Virus record (IMG/VR): IMGVR_UViG_3300033148_006964
Span: 32,001 to 96,000 of that record
DNA length: 64,000 nucleotides
Source: a virus
Direction: 5' to 3' (one strand)
Position numbers and translations under genes: made by a program. A model generated the notes under the pieces. The model was not told the DNA's origin. It saw only the letters and a list, made by a program, of their open reading frames with translations, and searched no databases. This document shows, in pieces, positions 15,281-25,398 of the stretch. Position 1 is the stretch's first letter. The number at the start of each line of letters is the position of its first letter.

Positions 15281-18200
15281 ATGCCGCCTCCTAATGCACC
15301 TTCTTATGGTTCCGGCCCATTAAATTATGCTAACCAAGGTGGCGCCGATCCATTTGGTTCGTTTGATAATAGGATAAGATATAATGATATGGTGCGTCAC
15401 CAAATGGTTGCGCAGTATCAGCAAAGTATTGTCAGTCCGGCAACCATGACATTATCACAACAAAGACAAGTTGCTACACAGCAAAGATTTCAATATGGAG
15501 TAACGGGTGGCCAGGATATTAGACATTATCAAAGACAAGCTGAATTAAATAGAGTTGCTGGAGCTTCCGGATTTGCTAAAGGTGCCGTTGGTTTTGCAGC
15601 ATGGACCGCTGCAGATGCAGCTGTTGGTATGACTGGTGCCTCAGCAATTGCGGGCAGCGCACTTGGAGGAGGCATTTTAGGAGGGGCAGCTGGGTTGGCG
15701 ACAACTTTTGCAGCTCCGCTTGCTTTAGGTATGGCTACTGCACATTATGTAAATAAAGGAATAGATCAAACGTTTGAAAGACAACGTTTTATGCATTCTA
15801 CGGCTGCTGATATTTCTCAATATCGTGATAGACTTGGATTTAATAGTCTTTCATATAATGATGCAACTAGGCTTGGTTCGAGTCTTGGAAGATCTATGAA
15901 CGCACCAGGTCAATTTTTTTCAAAAGAACAACAGACAAGAATACATAAAATAGGTCTTTCTAATGACCTTATATCCGCTCGTGGTAAAGGGATGAGTGCT
16001 GGTAGCATTAGGCAATATGAGCAAAATTTTTCTGAATTAAAAGATACGACAGAAGAAGTAGTAAAACTTTTGCAGACGACAATAGAAGGTGGGATGTCTG
16101 TTATTAAAGAATTGCAAGGTAAAGGTTTTACTTCTATGAAACAGATTAAACAACAAGTGATGCAGGCAAAAGCGTTTGGTGGTTTTACTGGGATGGGTGC
16201 TCAAAATATGATGGCGTTAGGCGCAGCAGGAGCACAGGCAGTACAGGGAACTCCGTTTGGTGCAACCCAAGGAGCAGCTCAATATCAATTAGGTGCAGTT
16301 AACGCGTCGTCTTTAGCACAATCTGGAGGGTCAGCAGCATATGCGGTAAAGAGGGTTGGTGGTGTAGCTGCTGCTGGAGCAGCAATAGCTAATTTTCAAA
16401 TGAATATGGCTCAAACTGGAATGGGCACTAAATTAGCGGCATACGCTATGAACGCTGATGGTACTGTAAATCAAAAAAGGTTTGATACATTAATTAGCGG
16501 CAACGCATCTGCTTATGATATAGTTACAGGTGCCAATCAAACTGGCTATGCAATGGGTCAGGGTGGAAGAGCTATGTTTGCTTTACATAAAGAGGATTTT
16601 TATAATTCTTTAAATGAAAGACAAAGAGCGGGATTGGTGCAGCAAAATTTTAAAGCCTGGAGAGGCGGTAAAGCTGGAAATTTAAAACAACAAGCTTGGG
16701 CATTTGCTGGTTTAGGAACAAACGATCAAAGGCAACAACGAGTTGTAATGGAACAATTAACTGGTAATTCCGGATATGCAACCGCAGATGCTTATGGAGC
16801 TGCGACTCAGATGGGTTTAAATAGGGTTGTTAATACTAATGACGCAGGTGTTTTAGATTTAATGATAGGAAATGAAATACGAAATGTTAAAAGGATTGGT
16901 AAAGGGCTCGCTTATACAGGTGAAAGAATAGGGTATGGAGCAATCTCTATAGGGGAAGATATTGGAAAAGCATGGAGCAGCTTGGGTAGTGGGATTGGAA
17001 GACTTGGTGACGCGGCGATAGGTGGATACGGGTGGGGTGGAGCAAGTAGAGCTAAATATGGCGATCTTGGTGATGCTGCAAAGACGATGTACGGTCTTGG
17101 TGTTAGTGGGGGTAGTAGAGGTAAACGCGCTTTACAAGCTATGTCTGTTGAAGAAACGAAATCATTATACGCAACACCTGTTAAGGGTTTAATTTCATCT
17201 GATGCAATTAAAAATATGTCTGGTGATAGTGTTGCATATTCTATGCAAGCTTTATTATCAGCGTCTACAACGGGTGGAAACGCTGCTCTTGATAGCAATC
17301 TTAAAGAAGCCCTTGGTCTTTCCGGATCAAAGCATTTAAAACAACTTAAAGAAAATCCTGCTATGTATTATGCAAGCTTTAAAGCTGCTGTTACTGATCA
17401 GTATAAATCTACATCTGCAAAGTGGGAAGATGCTGCTGGAGCTTTTGAAACATATAAAAAACAACTTAGCTCTTCAGGAGCAAGAGAAGCTCAAAGTATT
17501 GTTTCAAAAGCAGTACAAGAAACTGGGCCGGTTAATTTAAATAACTCTATATTAAATAATTATGTAAAAGCTGCACGAGCTAGAAATATTATGGGTGCGG
17601 CAGAACAGTTTGGAGATATTGCAGGTAATATAAATGAACTTAATAAAAGAGTAGAAAGTGTTGGAAGGGCTAAATTATCATATGCAGATCAAATTGCTGG
17701 TGGTATAGGACAATATCGTGCGTTTCATAAATTTGCAGGGGCAAAAGTTGGAAATAAAGATTTTATGTCAGGATTACGTAGTACGGGATTAGGAATATTG
17801 GAAAAGGCTGGAGCGATAGATCCAGCTACAGGTAAAATTAAAGAAAGTTGGTCTGGGTTTGGTGCTGAAAAAGATATTACAGCTGATTATTTAAAGAAAT
17901 ATACGGAAGAAGAAAGAACATTAATAGATAAAGGATTTTTAGATCCTGATACTGGGGTACTGTTTAATACTATAGGTGAATATTCTCAAGCAGTAACAGC
18001 TAGGGATAGAGAGCTTTCAGGAGCTAGAGGTATTGGTGCTGTTAATCAATTAGAAAGATCTCTTAAAACTGGAAAAATGACATTATCTGAAAAGGGTGGT
18101 GCAGCTATACGATCAGCTTTAATATCTGGAAGAGATGTTGAAAGTCTTAGTGATTTAACACAAAAGGACAAAAAGTCACTTGCCGCTATATATACTAGAG

Positions 18201-18613
18201 GTGATACTGCTGTTTTAAATGAAAAGATAAAAGAAGGTGAATTAAATACTTTTATAAGAAGTGAAAACACTCAAGAAAAGTATAGGAGCACACAAGAAAA
18301 ACTTGATAGAGCATATTCTAATGTAGATCTTATAGCGGCTGGCGGGGGAGATAAAGGCAATACTTTAGTATATGATGGTGGCGAGTATACATGGATGAGT
18401 AAAAAGGCCGCTAAAACTGTTATTGGCGGAAAAGATAGTAAAGCTAAAATAACTGACGCTGAAGACGCAATGGAGCGTGAAGAGAAAAAATCTGGAAGAT
18501 TGCAAAGTACTAGATTAATAGAAACTTTACACGAAACAGCACAGGGGCGAGGCGTGGCGACACAAGTATCTCCTCCTGTTATGAATTATTGGAATAATAA
18601 ATGGTCTCTATAA
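15281..18613 (+). CDS. Tape measure-like protein
   Basis: 1110 aa, G/A/Q-rich and helical with a hydrophobic GA-rich segment. It follows the frameshifting chaperone. Confidence 0.7.
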   Translation: MPPPNAPSYGSGPLNYANQGGADPFGSFDNRIRYNDMVRHQMVAQYQQSIVSPATMTLSQQRQVATQQRFQYGVTGGQDIRHYQRQAELNRVAGASGFAKGAVGFAAWTAADAAVGMTGASAIAGSALGGGILGGAAGLATTFAAPLALGMATAHYVNKGIDQTFERQRFMHSTAADISQYRDRLGFNSLSYNDATRLGSSLGRSMNAPGQFFSKEQQTRIHKIGLSNDLISARGKGMSAGSIRQYEQNFSELKDTTEEVVKLLQTTIEGGMSVIKELQGKGFTSMKQIKQQVMQAKAFGGFTGMGAQNMMALGAAGAQAVQGTPFGATQGAAQYQLGAVNASSLAQSGGSAAYAVKRVGGVAAAGAAIANFQMNMAQTGMGTKLAAYAMNADGTVNQKRFDTLISGNASAYDIVTGANQTGYAMGQGGRAMFALHKEDFYNSLNERQRAGLVQQNFKAWRGGKAGNLKQQAWAFAGLGTNDQRQQRVVMEQLTGNSGYATADAYGAATQMGLNRVVNTNDAGVLDLMIGNEIRNVKRIGKGLAYTGERIGYGAISIGEDIGKAWSSLGSGIGRLGDAAIGGYGWGGASRAKYGDLGDAAKTMYGLGVSGGSRGKRALQAMSVEETKSLYATPVKGLISSDAIKNMSGDSVAYSMQALLSASTTGGNAALDSNLKEALGLSGSKHLKQLKENPAMYYASFKAAVTDQYKSTSAKWEDAAGAFETYKKQLSSSGAREAQSIVSKAVQETGPVNLNNSILNNYVKAARARNIMGAAEQFGDIAGNINELNKRVESVGRAKLSYADQIAGGIGQYRAFHKFAGAKVGNKDFMSGLRSTGLGILEKAGAIDPATGKIKESWSGFGAEKDITADYLKKYTEEERTLIDKGFLDPDTGVLFNTIGEYSQAVTARDRELSGARGIGAVNQLERSLKTGKMTLSEKGGAAIRSALISGRDVESLSDLTQKDKKSLAAIYTRGDTAVLNEKIKEGELNTFIRSENTQEKYRSTQEKLDRAYSNVDLIAAGGGDKGNTLVYDGGEYTWMSKKAAKTVIGGKDSKAKITDAEDAMEREEKKSGRLQSTRLIETLHETAQGRGVATQVSPPVMNYWNNKWSL

Positions 18614-18624
18614 GGAATTAGATT

Positions 18625-19425
18625 ATGGCTGAAAATGAAGTATTAATAAACTCTGTTGAAGATAATGCAATAAGGCCTTATAATGTCGGAGTAACTGAAC
18701 ACGATAAGACTTTAGCTACAATTGTATTATATAGATCTAAAGATTCTTTAATTTCAGATAGTTCTGATAATATTGATTATTTAAATTCTTTTGAAATCCC
18801 AATACCTACTATAAGTTCTGAAACGGTTCCGCAAGATGGTAATGTAAGGCAAAGGGTTGGGACAATGTTAGAAATACCAAAGCTTAAAAATTTTGGTGGT
18901 CCTGATAATAATTATTATGGAATATTTAATAATTTTTCTCTTCTTAAGGTTTCAGAGATCCAATCTCAAAATGTAAAGGTACATCAAAATTTTAGTAATG
19001 TTTGGAACGCTTTTTTCTTTGGGGATAAACCTGAAATATATTCATTTAATGGATTTTTTCTAGATACAAGAGAGTATCCTTATTATCAAGAATTTCTTAT
19101 GGCTTATGAAGAATATCTTTCTGGAAGAAAATGTGTTGAAAACCAAATGGAATTAAAAGTCGTATATGATGGTAGAATAGTTGATGGCTATATGTTAAAC
19201 ATATCAACCATTAATGCCGCTGGTGATCCATTTATGAAAAACTTTTCATTTTCAGTATTAGTAAAATCTACGTCATGGCTTAGAAATAATTTGGTAGTTA
19301 AAAGAGCAATACAAGGCCTTTCAGACGATCATATGAGGGTTTCAGAGTTGAACGGGTTTTCAAATGAATATAGATTAGCAAAACAATTTGATACTGGAGA
19401 ATTAGATTCTTTAGAAACAGATTAA
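18625..19425 (+). CDS. Putative tail tube initiator / baseplate-proximal protein
   Basis: Position after the tape measure, plus a tube-like beta pattern (FFGDKPEIYSFNGFFLD...VDGYMLNIST...FSFSVLV). Confidence 0.45.
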   Translation: MAENEVLINSVEDNAIRPYNVGVTEHDKTLATIVLYRSKDSLISDSSDNIDYLNSFEIPIPTISSETVPQDGNVRQRVGTMLEIPKLKNFGGPDNNYYGIFNNFSLLKVSEIQSQNVKVHQNFSNVWNAFFFGDKPEIYSFNGFFLDTREYPYYQEFLMAYEEYLSGRKCVENQMELKVVYDGRIVDGYMLNISTINAAGDPFMKNFSFSVLVKSTSWLRNNLVVKRAIQGLSDDHMRVSELNGFSNEYRLAKQFDTGELDSLETD

Positions 19426-19443
19426 AAGTATGAAAGCGAAATA

Positions 19444-22125
19444 ATGGCAAAGCAAGGTTATAATTATGAATTCCGCATGTTTCTTGAAGGGGTGTTAACT
19501 CCATTCAAAAGTGCTAATATTATGAACACACCAAACGGTGTAGAAGCTAATATTAATGTTTATTCATGTAAACAAGCTCTTAATATAAAACCTAAGACCG
19601 CTGTACAAATATTTTATAGGGATTGGGTTTATGACCAAAGTAAACCTGCGTGGAGAATAATGTTTGACGGATTCTTTTCAAGTTTTTATAAACAAGATTC
19701 AGCGCCGGATATAAGAAGTGTTAGTCTGATATGCAGAGATTTTAGAATGGATATAAGAAAAAACCCAGCAGCTCTTTCATTTCAAAGTAAAAATGATCTT
19801 GCGCCTCAAGTACGATATAACGCAGCAGGGATATTTAAAACTTTTGTCGTTAAAGGTGTGACTAAAAAAACAAGTAAAGGTAAAAGAATACATACTTATG
19901 GAAATTCTGGTTTAGATGATATTAGTGAGACTCTTGCGTATATAGCTGGTACTGCGTATGGAAAGGGGGCGAAGAAGCTTAAAAATGGAACTTATCAAGC
20001 TCAATCAGATTTTGGGACTTGTATCAAAGCTATAAAAGGTGATATAGGAGATGGCGGTTTGTTTCTTGACTCTCTTATTAGAGGTATATGGCTTGAAGCT
20101 GTTGGTGGAACTTCTATAAATGCTTTTATGAATAAAAGAATACGAGTTGATAAAAGATTTTTTATTCCTACTAATGCTGCTGGATATAATTTTTGGAGAA
20201 GAAAGAATGCCGGGTTACAAATAGGTAGTTATATGATGGGTAATGCACAATTTACCAGTGTTGAAGCTACCATAATGAGACTTGCTGGTTTATTTTCTGT
20301 TAGGGCGTATTCTTGTAATACACCTTCTTTAATACCTATTGGTGTTGATTCACCAGCTTCAGATTATGCTATTTCAGATGGAGTTAGAAAATTTCTTGTT
20401 GAAAGAGCTGATTCTGAGTTTGGTGCGAAATTTATACTTAATGAAACTATGTTGCTTCCGCCGCTTGAGTTTACTGCTCCTCCAAATTGTAATCTTATAT
20501 TACCGCCTATGTGTAATAAAATTACATGGAATTATGATATGGATGCCGATGTTACAAGAGGGTACTTTCAAACATTAAATGTATTTCCAACAAAGAAAAG
20601 TACTAATCAATTAGCAAGTAAGTCAATACAAGTGCCTAACGCTTTATTTAATATTGCTAAAGAAGAAGGCAACTCTAAAGATATATATGGAAGATCAAAA
20701 CCACCGTTAACACTTGAAGAAAGATATAAAGGTGTTAGTGTTTTTTATAATAGAGTTGAATGGTTATTAGCTGCAAAAGATGCTGCTTCATCTGCTATAA
20801 ATAAGACATTTAATAAAAAAGCAAGAGCAAGGTTAGAGTCTGAAATATCTGATCTTCAAGAATCTATAGATAAAGCTGCTGGACTTGAAGTTGAATCGAT
20901 GTCTTCCGAACTTACCCCACAACAAATAGTAGAGATTAAAGCGGCTATAAAAAGAAAAATAAAAGCAAAAGCAAAAACTACTTATAATAAAGGCCAGGCT
21001 GTAGCCGGTAAAACTGATGATGCTATTAAAAGACATGCGTTATTAAAGTACCTTAATGTAAAATATGCTGGAAGAGTCGTTACCGCTGAAATGGCTTTTA
21101 ATCCATATTTAATGTGTGGGTTTCCAGGCGCGGTAGTAACTGATGATAAATTATATGGAGACGAATCGATTAAAACTATAATCGGAATGGTTCAACAGGT
21201 TAAGCATCAATTATACATAACACCGGAAACAGCTGATGCTTTTACTGTAGTTGTTTTAAATAACGCAAGGTTTGAAGATGAACCTACTGATATGGATGAG
21301 TTTGGGAATTTATTATGGTCTAAAGAAACTGATTCTTCTTCAGCTTTAATAGATCCAAAAACTTTAGAATATAAAGATTCAACATATCATGTTCAAGATC
21401 CTAAAGCGTTAGTCGCTTTAAATAAAGAAAATAAAGCTGATTTAAAAAAGAAACAATTCAATCCTTATGATTTAAGAGAAAGGCAATTAAGACCTGATTA
21501 TATATACGCTAAAGATCTATTAACATTAACCGCTGAAGCTATTGCTAATGGAGAAAGAAATCAAATATATGTCGATGAAATATATGAACCAAATAAAATA
21601 GCTAAGTTTTATAGAGATGCCTTACAACATAATAGTGAAAGCTTTATGATCGGAAATACAGTTGTTAATAATAATAATGAAAAATTTATGTATGATACAG
21701 TACACGAAGGTCTTGTTAAGATGCGTGAAAATTATCCTGAATTAATGAACGACTATATCTCATGCATTAAATATGTATCCAGAAATGTATGTTCTGCAGA
21801 CGCATTTTATCAGGGAATATTAGGGTTATCAGTTAAAAATGTTAGAACCATTGCAGGTAATACAGCTGTTTTATATGAAAACATCCAAAAGGGGTTTGAC
21901 GATACTCGTATAGATGATGAATATTTTGGAGTTACGACTAACTTATGGGATAGTGGAAAAATAGATAATTTAATTAAATATTTTAGTAGTACTGGAGCTA
22001 TGACGGAGCCTGGTCAATGTAGTAGTATACGTGAAAGTATTCCTGTGACTGCATTTATAGAAGAACGAAAGAATGTTGTTAAAACTTATGTTGCCGAGGT
22101 TACAAAGACTGCAAGAGGAAGCTAA
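19444..22125 (+). CDS. Putative baseplate hub protein
   Basis: 893 aa. Hub-like N-terminus (YEFRMFLEGV...TAVQIFYRD...IMFDGFF...SLICRD) and late motif FNPYLMCGFPGAVV. The call rests partly on position. Confidence 0.45.
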   Translation: MAKQGYNYEFRMFLEGVLTPFKSANIMNTPNGVEANINVYSCKQALNIKPKTAVQIFYRDWVYDQSKPAWRIMFDGFFSSFYKQDSAPDIRSVSLICRDFRMDIRKNPAALSFQSKNDLAPQVRYNAAGIFKTFVVKGVTKKTSKGKRIHTYGNSGLDDISETLAYIAGTAYGKGAKKLKNGTYQAQSDFGTCIKAIKGDIGDGGLFLDSLIRGIWLEAVGGTSINAFMNKRIRVDKRFFIPTNAAGYNFWRRKNAGLQIGSYMMGNAQFTSVEATIMRLAGLFSVRAYSCNTPSLIPIGVDSPASDYAISDGVRKFLVERADSEFGAKFILNETMLLPPLEFTAPPNCNLILPPMCNKITWNYDMDADVTRGYFQTLNVFPTKKSTNQLASKSIQVPNALFNIAKEEGNSKDIYGRSKPPLTLEERYKGVSVFYNRVEWLLAAKDAASSAINKTFNKKARARLESEISDLQESIDKAAGLEVESMSSELTPQQIVEIKAAIKRKIKAKAKTTYNKGQAVAGKTDDAIKRHALLKYLNVKYAGRVVTAEMAFNPYLMCGFPGAVVTDDKLYGDESIKTIIGMVQQVKHQLYITPETADAFTVVVLNNARFEDEPTDMDEFGNLLWSKETDSSSALIDPKTLEYKDSTYHVQDPKALVALNKENKADLKKKQFNPYDLRERQLRPDYIYAKDLLTLTAEAIANGERNQIYVDEIYEPNKIAKFYRDALQHNSESFMIGNTVVNNNNEKFMYDTVHEGLVKMRENYPELMNDYISCIKYVSRNVCSADAFYQGILGLSVKNVRTIAGNTAVLYENIQKGFDDTRIDDEYFGVTTNLWDSGKIDNLIKYFSSTGAMTEPGQCSSIRESIPVTAFIEERKNVVKTYVAEVTKTARGS

Positions 22126-22817
22126 TGCCTAACGATAAAGATCAAATATTAGAATGGCAAAAATCTAAAAGTCCTGAACTTTTTGCTAATCTTGTAATTC
22201 GCTATCAACCTGTTATAAATAAGGTCGTTAGTAAGTATAGAACTGTTGGTGTTGCTCCAGCTACTTTAAGAGCACAAGCTACATCTCAATTAATAAAGGC
22301 ATTTAAATCTTATGATGCTACTAAAGGTGCTCAACCGACTACACATATATGGAACAATCTTCAAAAGGTTCAAAGGATAGCTGCAGAAAGTCAAATGTCT
22401 GGACATATTCCTGAAAATAGAAATCTTAAAAGATCTACTTTTACTATTGTTAGAGATAATCTTACAGATAGACTTGGTTATGAGCCTAATGTTTCTGAAA
22501 TGGCAGATGAACTTGGATGGAATAAAAGAGAAGTTGGTAGAATGAATCATGAACTTGCTGGAGAAACAACTGCGTCTGAAGCTAAATTTGATTTTTATGG
22601 CAACTCTGTTACAAAAGAGCATTCTGATAAAGCTCTTGTTGATTATTTATATTACGATCTTGATAATAAAGAGAAGGCAATATTTGAACATACTTTTAAT
22701 TATGGTGGTAAAAAGGTATTAAGTAATAAAGAACTTGCTAAAAAATTAAATGTAAATGAGATGGCGATACATAGATTAAAAAAACGCCTTAGTCAAAAGA
22801 TTCGGAGTTACCGTTAA
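22125..22817 (+). CDS. Sigma-70 family RNA polymerase sigma factor (SigF/FliA-like architecture)
   Basis: Region 2 (LVIRYQPVINKVVSKY...LIKAFKSYDATKG..TTHIW), region 3 (LGYEPNVSEMADELG) and region 4 HTH (LSNKELAKKLNVNEMAIHRLKKR). Confidence 0.85.
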   Translation: MPNDKDQILEWQKSKSPELFANLVIRYQPVINKVVSKYRTVGVAPATLRAQATSQLIKAFKSYDATKGAQPTTHIWNNLQKVQRIAAESQMSGHIPENRNLKRSTFTIVRDNLTDRLGYEPNVSEMADELGWNKREVGRMNHELAGETTASEAKFDFYGNSVTKEHSDKALVDYLYYDLDNKEKAIFEHTFNYGGKKVLSNKELAKKLNVNEMAIHRLKKRLSQKIRSYR

Positions 22818-24889
22818 TGTCTCCTCCAAAAATAGCATGCCAAGTTCAGGCTAATTTACTTTCTACTACAGCGAAGTTGATTGAGAAAGTTGAATCAATC
22901 TCATTAACAGTAAACTCTATTATAGCTTTAGTGGCTAAAGTAAAATATGGAATTCTTAATTTTACTGACATGGCTAGTGCTGAACTAATATCTGCAGTTA
23001 GTTCGATAGCTGCTAATGCTGCACAGGTTGCTTTAGGTGCTATTTCTAAAGCTTCGGCAGCGTTATTGGAAGCTATTTTATCTTCACTTCTTAAAATATT
23101 ACTTGCGTTTCCTACGGCTATTTTTTCACTTGTTGCAATCCCTCAAGATCAAGCGATAGATGCTGCTGATAAAGAAAGATTATACCTTTTAAATGCAAAA
23201 GCTAATCTTAAACGTATTATTAGTATAATAATACATTGGACTAACGGGTTTGATAGTAATAAATATTATAAGCAGATGATCAACGCAATACCTTATATAA
23301 ATAAAGCTTTTGAATTATGTGAAGAGTTAATAATTGAATTAGAAGGATCACCAACTGAAGATGATAGTGAATTAAATTCACGTTTTAATGAAAGCAAATA
23401 CAATTCATTAAGAGGCAATATATTACAAGCTATTGAAATAACTAAACCATCTTCTGTTATTGTTGAAAACAGCCGTATTACTCAAATCATAGAAAAGAAA
23501 CGTGTTGATACTTATCAATCAGAAGCTAATGTTATTAATAATAAATATGCAATTAAAAAATCTGAATTAGTTGAATGGTATCATAATGAAACAGTTAAAA
23601 ATACCCCTGAAAATGAAGATAAATGGGGAGAAAGATTAGGAGATTCTTTAAAGCTTGAAGGTATAAAATTAGAATATGCAACCAGGTTGAAGGCTTTAAA
23701 TGTATCTAAAAAGGAAGAGCTTGCTATCGCTGAATTAAATTCCAGTTCACAAGGAATAATAGATAAAAGCGCATACGTCGAATCGGCATTAGGACTTGCA
23801 GCAAGGTTCCGTAATGATATGCAAGTTTTATCAAATGAACTCTTTCAATTTATTAAAAATATAAAAGACGCTTTTTTACAATATAAAAGATGTCAGGTAA
23901 TGTGTAATACGATATATAATATAGAAGGTTTAATTAAAAAACTTATTGGTGAAATAATTAAACTATTAAAAAACGTTGGTAATGGTGCTTCCAGCGTAAT
24001 AGTAAAGGTGCTTGAAACGTCATCTGCATTAATCAGTTTTACTCATGATAAGTTTGAAGACAATATAGATAGATATGAGGATTCTTCTAAAGATATTTCG
24101 ACCAGTGAAATGTCTACAACTATCGTTACCGGTAACGGGGCTTTAATGTCCGCAAATAGTGCTTTATCTGCTTCGGTTACAGATAGTTTAATTCAACTTA
24201 TAAATTCAGACGACACAATGGAAAATTCTGATGACAACTTTAGAGAGTTTATTAATAATATGGCAAATATTTCTGATTGGGATGGTAAATTAAATATTTG
24301 GTCTGTTGATCATTTAAACGCATCCGTATCTCCTTATTCTAAATTAATATCTGATTCTACGACAATGCTTGCTAAAATACCTAAATTAGCATTTTCTACG
24401 GATGAAGAGGATCGTTTAAAATTGCGTGGGACTATAACTGTTGTTAATAAATTATTTAAAGTATTGTTTGCCCATAACTCAGAGGTCAGTAGTGTCCTGT
24501 ATTCTTATACACCATATAGAGCGTCTGAAACTGGTGATTTAAAAAAGATACTTGCAACAGCTAATCTTTTGGATCAATTTGCGCTTGGAATGAGTATAAC
24601 TTCATTAATTACTGAATTAGCCATGATGAACGTTGAGTTTTCAATAGACGAGGCACTTCCTACGTTAAGTAATTGTCAGGCAGCTTATCCTGATCTGTAT
24701 CAAGATGAAGGAATTCAGAAAGCAATAGCAATATTAAAAGGAAGTATTCCACCTGTGGATATAGATAAAAATATTCAAAATAAAAGAGAAGACAATCTCT
24801 TTGCGTTAAAAGATGCTCAACAAAAACTAAAAGCATTTGAGATTAATGTGCCTGAAGATGAAATGTACAACAGCGCTCTCGATAATTAA
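22817..24889 (+). CDS. Hypothetical helical protein, probably virion-associated
   Basis: 690 aa, TAATG-coupled to the sigma gene. Confidence 0.6.
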   Translation: MSPPKIACQVQANLLSTTAKLIEKVESISLTVNSIIALVAKVKYGILNFTDMASAELISAVSSIAANAAQVALGAISKASAALLEAILSSLLKILLAFPTAIFSLVAIPQDQAIDAADKERLYLLNAKANLKRIISIIIHWTNGFDSNKYYKQMINAIPYINKAFELCEELIIELEGSPTEDDSELNSRFNESKYNSLRGNILQAIEITKPSSVIVENSRITQIIEKKRVDTYQSEANVINNKYAIKKSELVEWYHNETVKNTPENEDKWGERLGDSLKLEGIKLEYATRLKALNVSKKEELAIAELNSSSQGIIDKSAYVESALGLAARFRNDMQVLSNELFQFIKNIKDAFLQYKRCQVMCNTIYNIEGLIKKLIGEIIKLLKNVGNGASSVIVKVLETSSALISFTHDKFEDNIDRYEDSSKDISTSEMSTTIVTGNGALMSANSALSASVTDSLIQLINSDDTMENSDDNFREFINNMANISDWDGKLNIWSVDHLNASVSPYSKLISDSTTMLAKIPKLAFSTDEEDRLKLRGTITVVNKLFKVLFAHNSEVSSVLYSYTPYRASETGDLKKILATANLLDQFALGMSITSLITELAMMNVEFSIDEALPTLSNCQAAYPDLYQDEGIQKAIAILKGSIPPVDIDKNIQNKREDNLFALKDAQQKLKAFEINVPEDEMYNSALDN

Positions 24890-24949
24890 TTAAAGAGTAA
24901 TCAAGCTAATTATCGTTTCAAATATTATTTTGTATAAGAGGACGTATAC

Positions 24950-25396
24950 ATGGACATTGATTTTATAACAGATCTATCTTCAGATTTTAAGATTTCACTT
25001 AGTGACAATCCACAAGGTGTATCCGGTAATAGAGCTTTAGTCAATAGGTTTGAAATAACATTTTTTACAAAAAATAGACAATTTTTATTTAATGATGAAG
25101 ATATAGTTGTAGATGAATATGGTGGTGATGCTGAGAAACTTATAAATAAACCTCGTGTATTAAATAATGTACAATCTATAGCGGCTGCTATGGATATAGT
25201 AGTTTCTCAAACAGTAAAAAGTATGAAGAACAATGAGCCTTCAAATATACCATCTACAGAAAAGATCGATAGTGCTAAAGTCATTGGAATAAATATTATT
25301 AGCGATACCGTGTACGGTACTGTTCAAATATTTCCAGTAGAAACTGAATCGTATGAAGATATTCTTTTTAATTTGCCAATTATTCGAAGGACGTAG
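24950..25396 (+). CDS. Baseplate wedge protein (gp25-like)
   Basis: 148 aa with the pattern VSGNRALVNRFEITFF...YGG...EKIDSAKV...GTVQI, directly before a baseplate J-like gene. Confidence 0.6.
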   Translation: MDIDFITDLSSDFKISLSDNPQGVSGNRALVNRFEITFFTKNRQFLFNDEDIVVDEYGGDAEKLINKPRVLNNVQSIAAAMDIVVSQTVKSMKNNEPSNIPSTEKIDSAKVIGINIISDTVYGTVQIFPVETESYEDILFNLPIIRRT

Positions 25397-25398
25397 TT

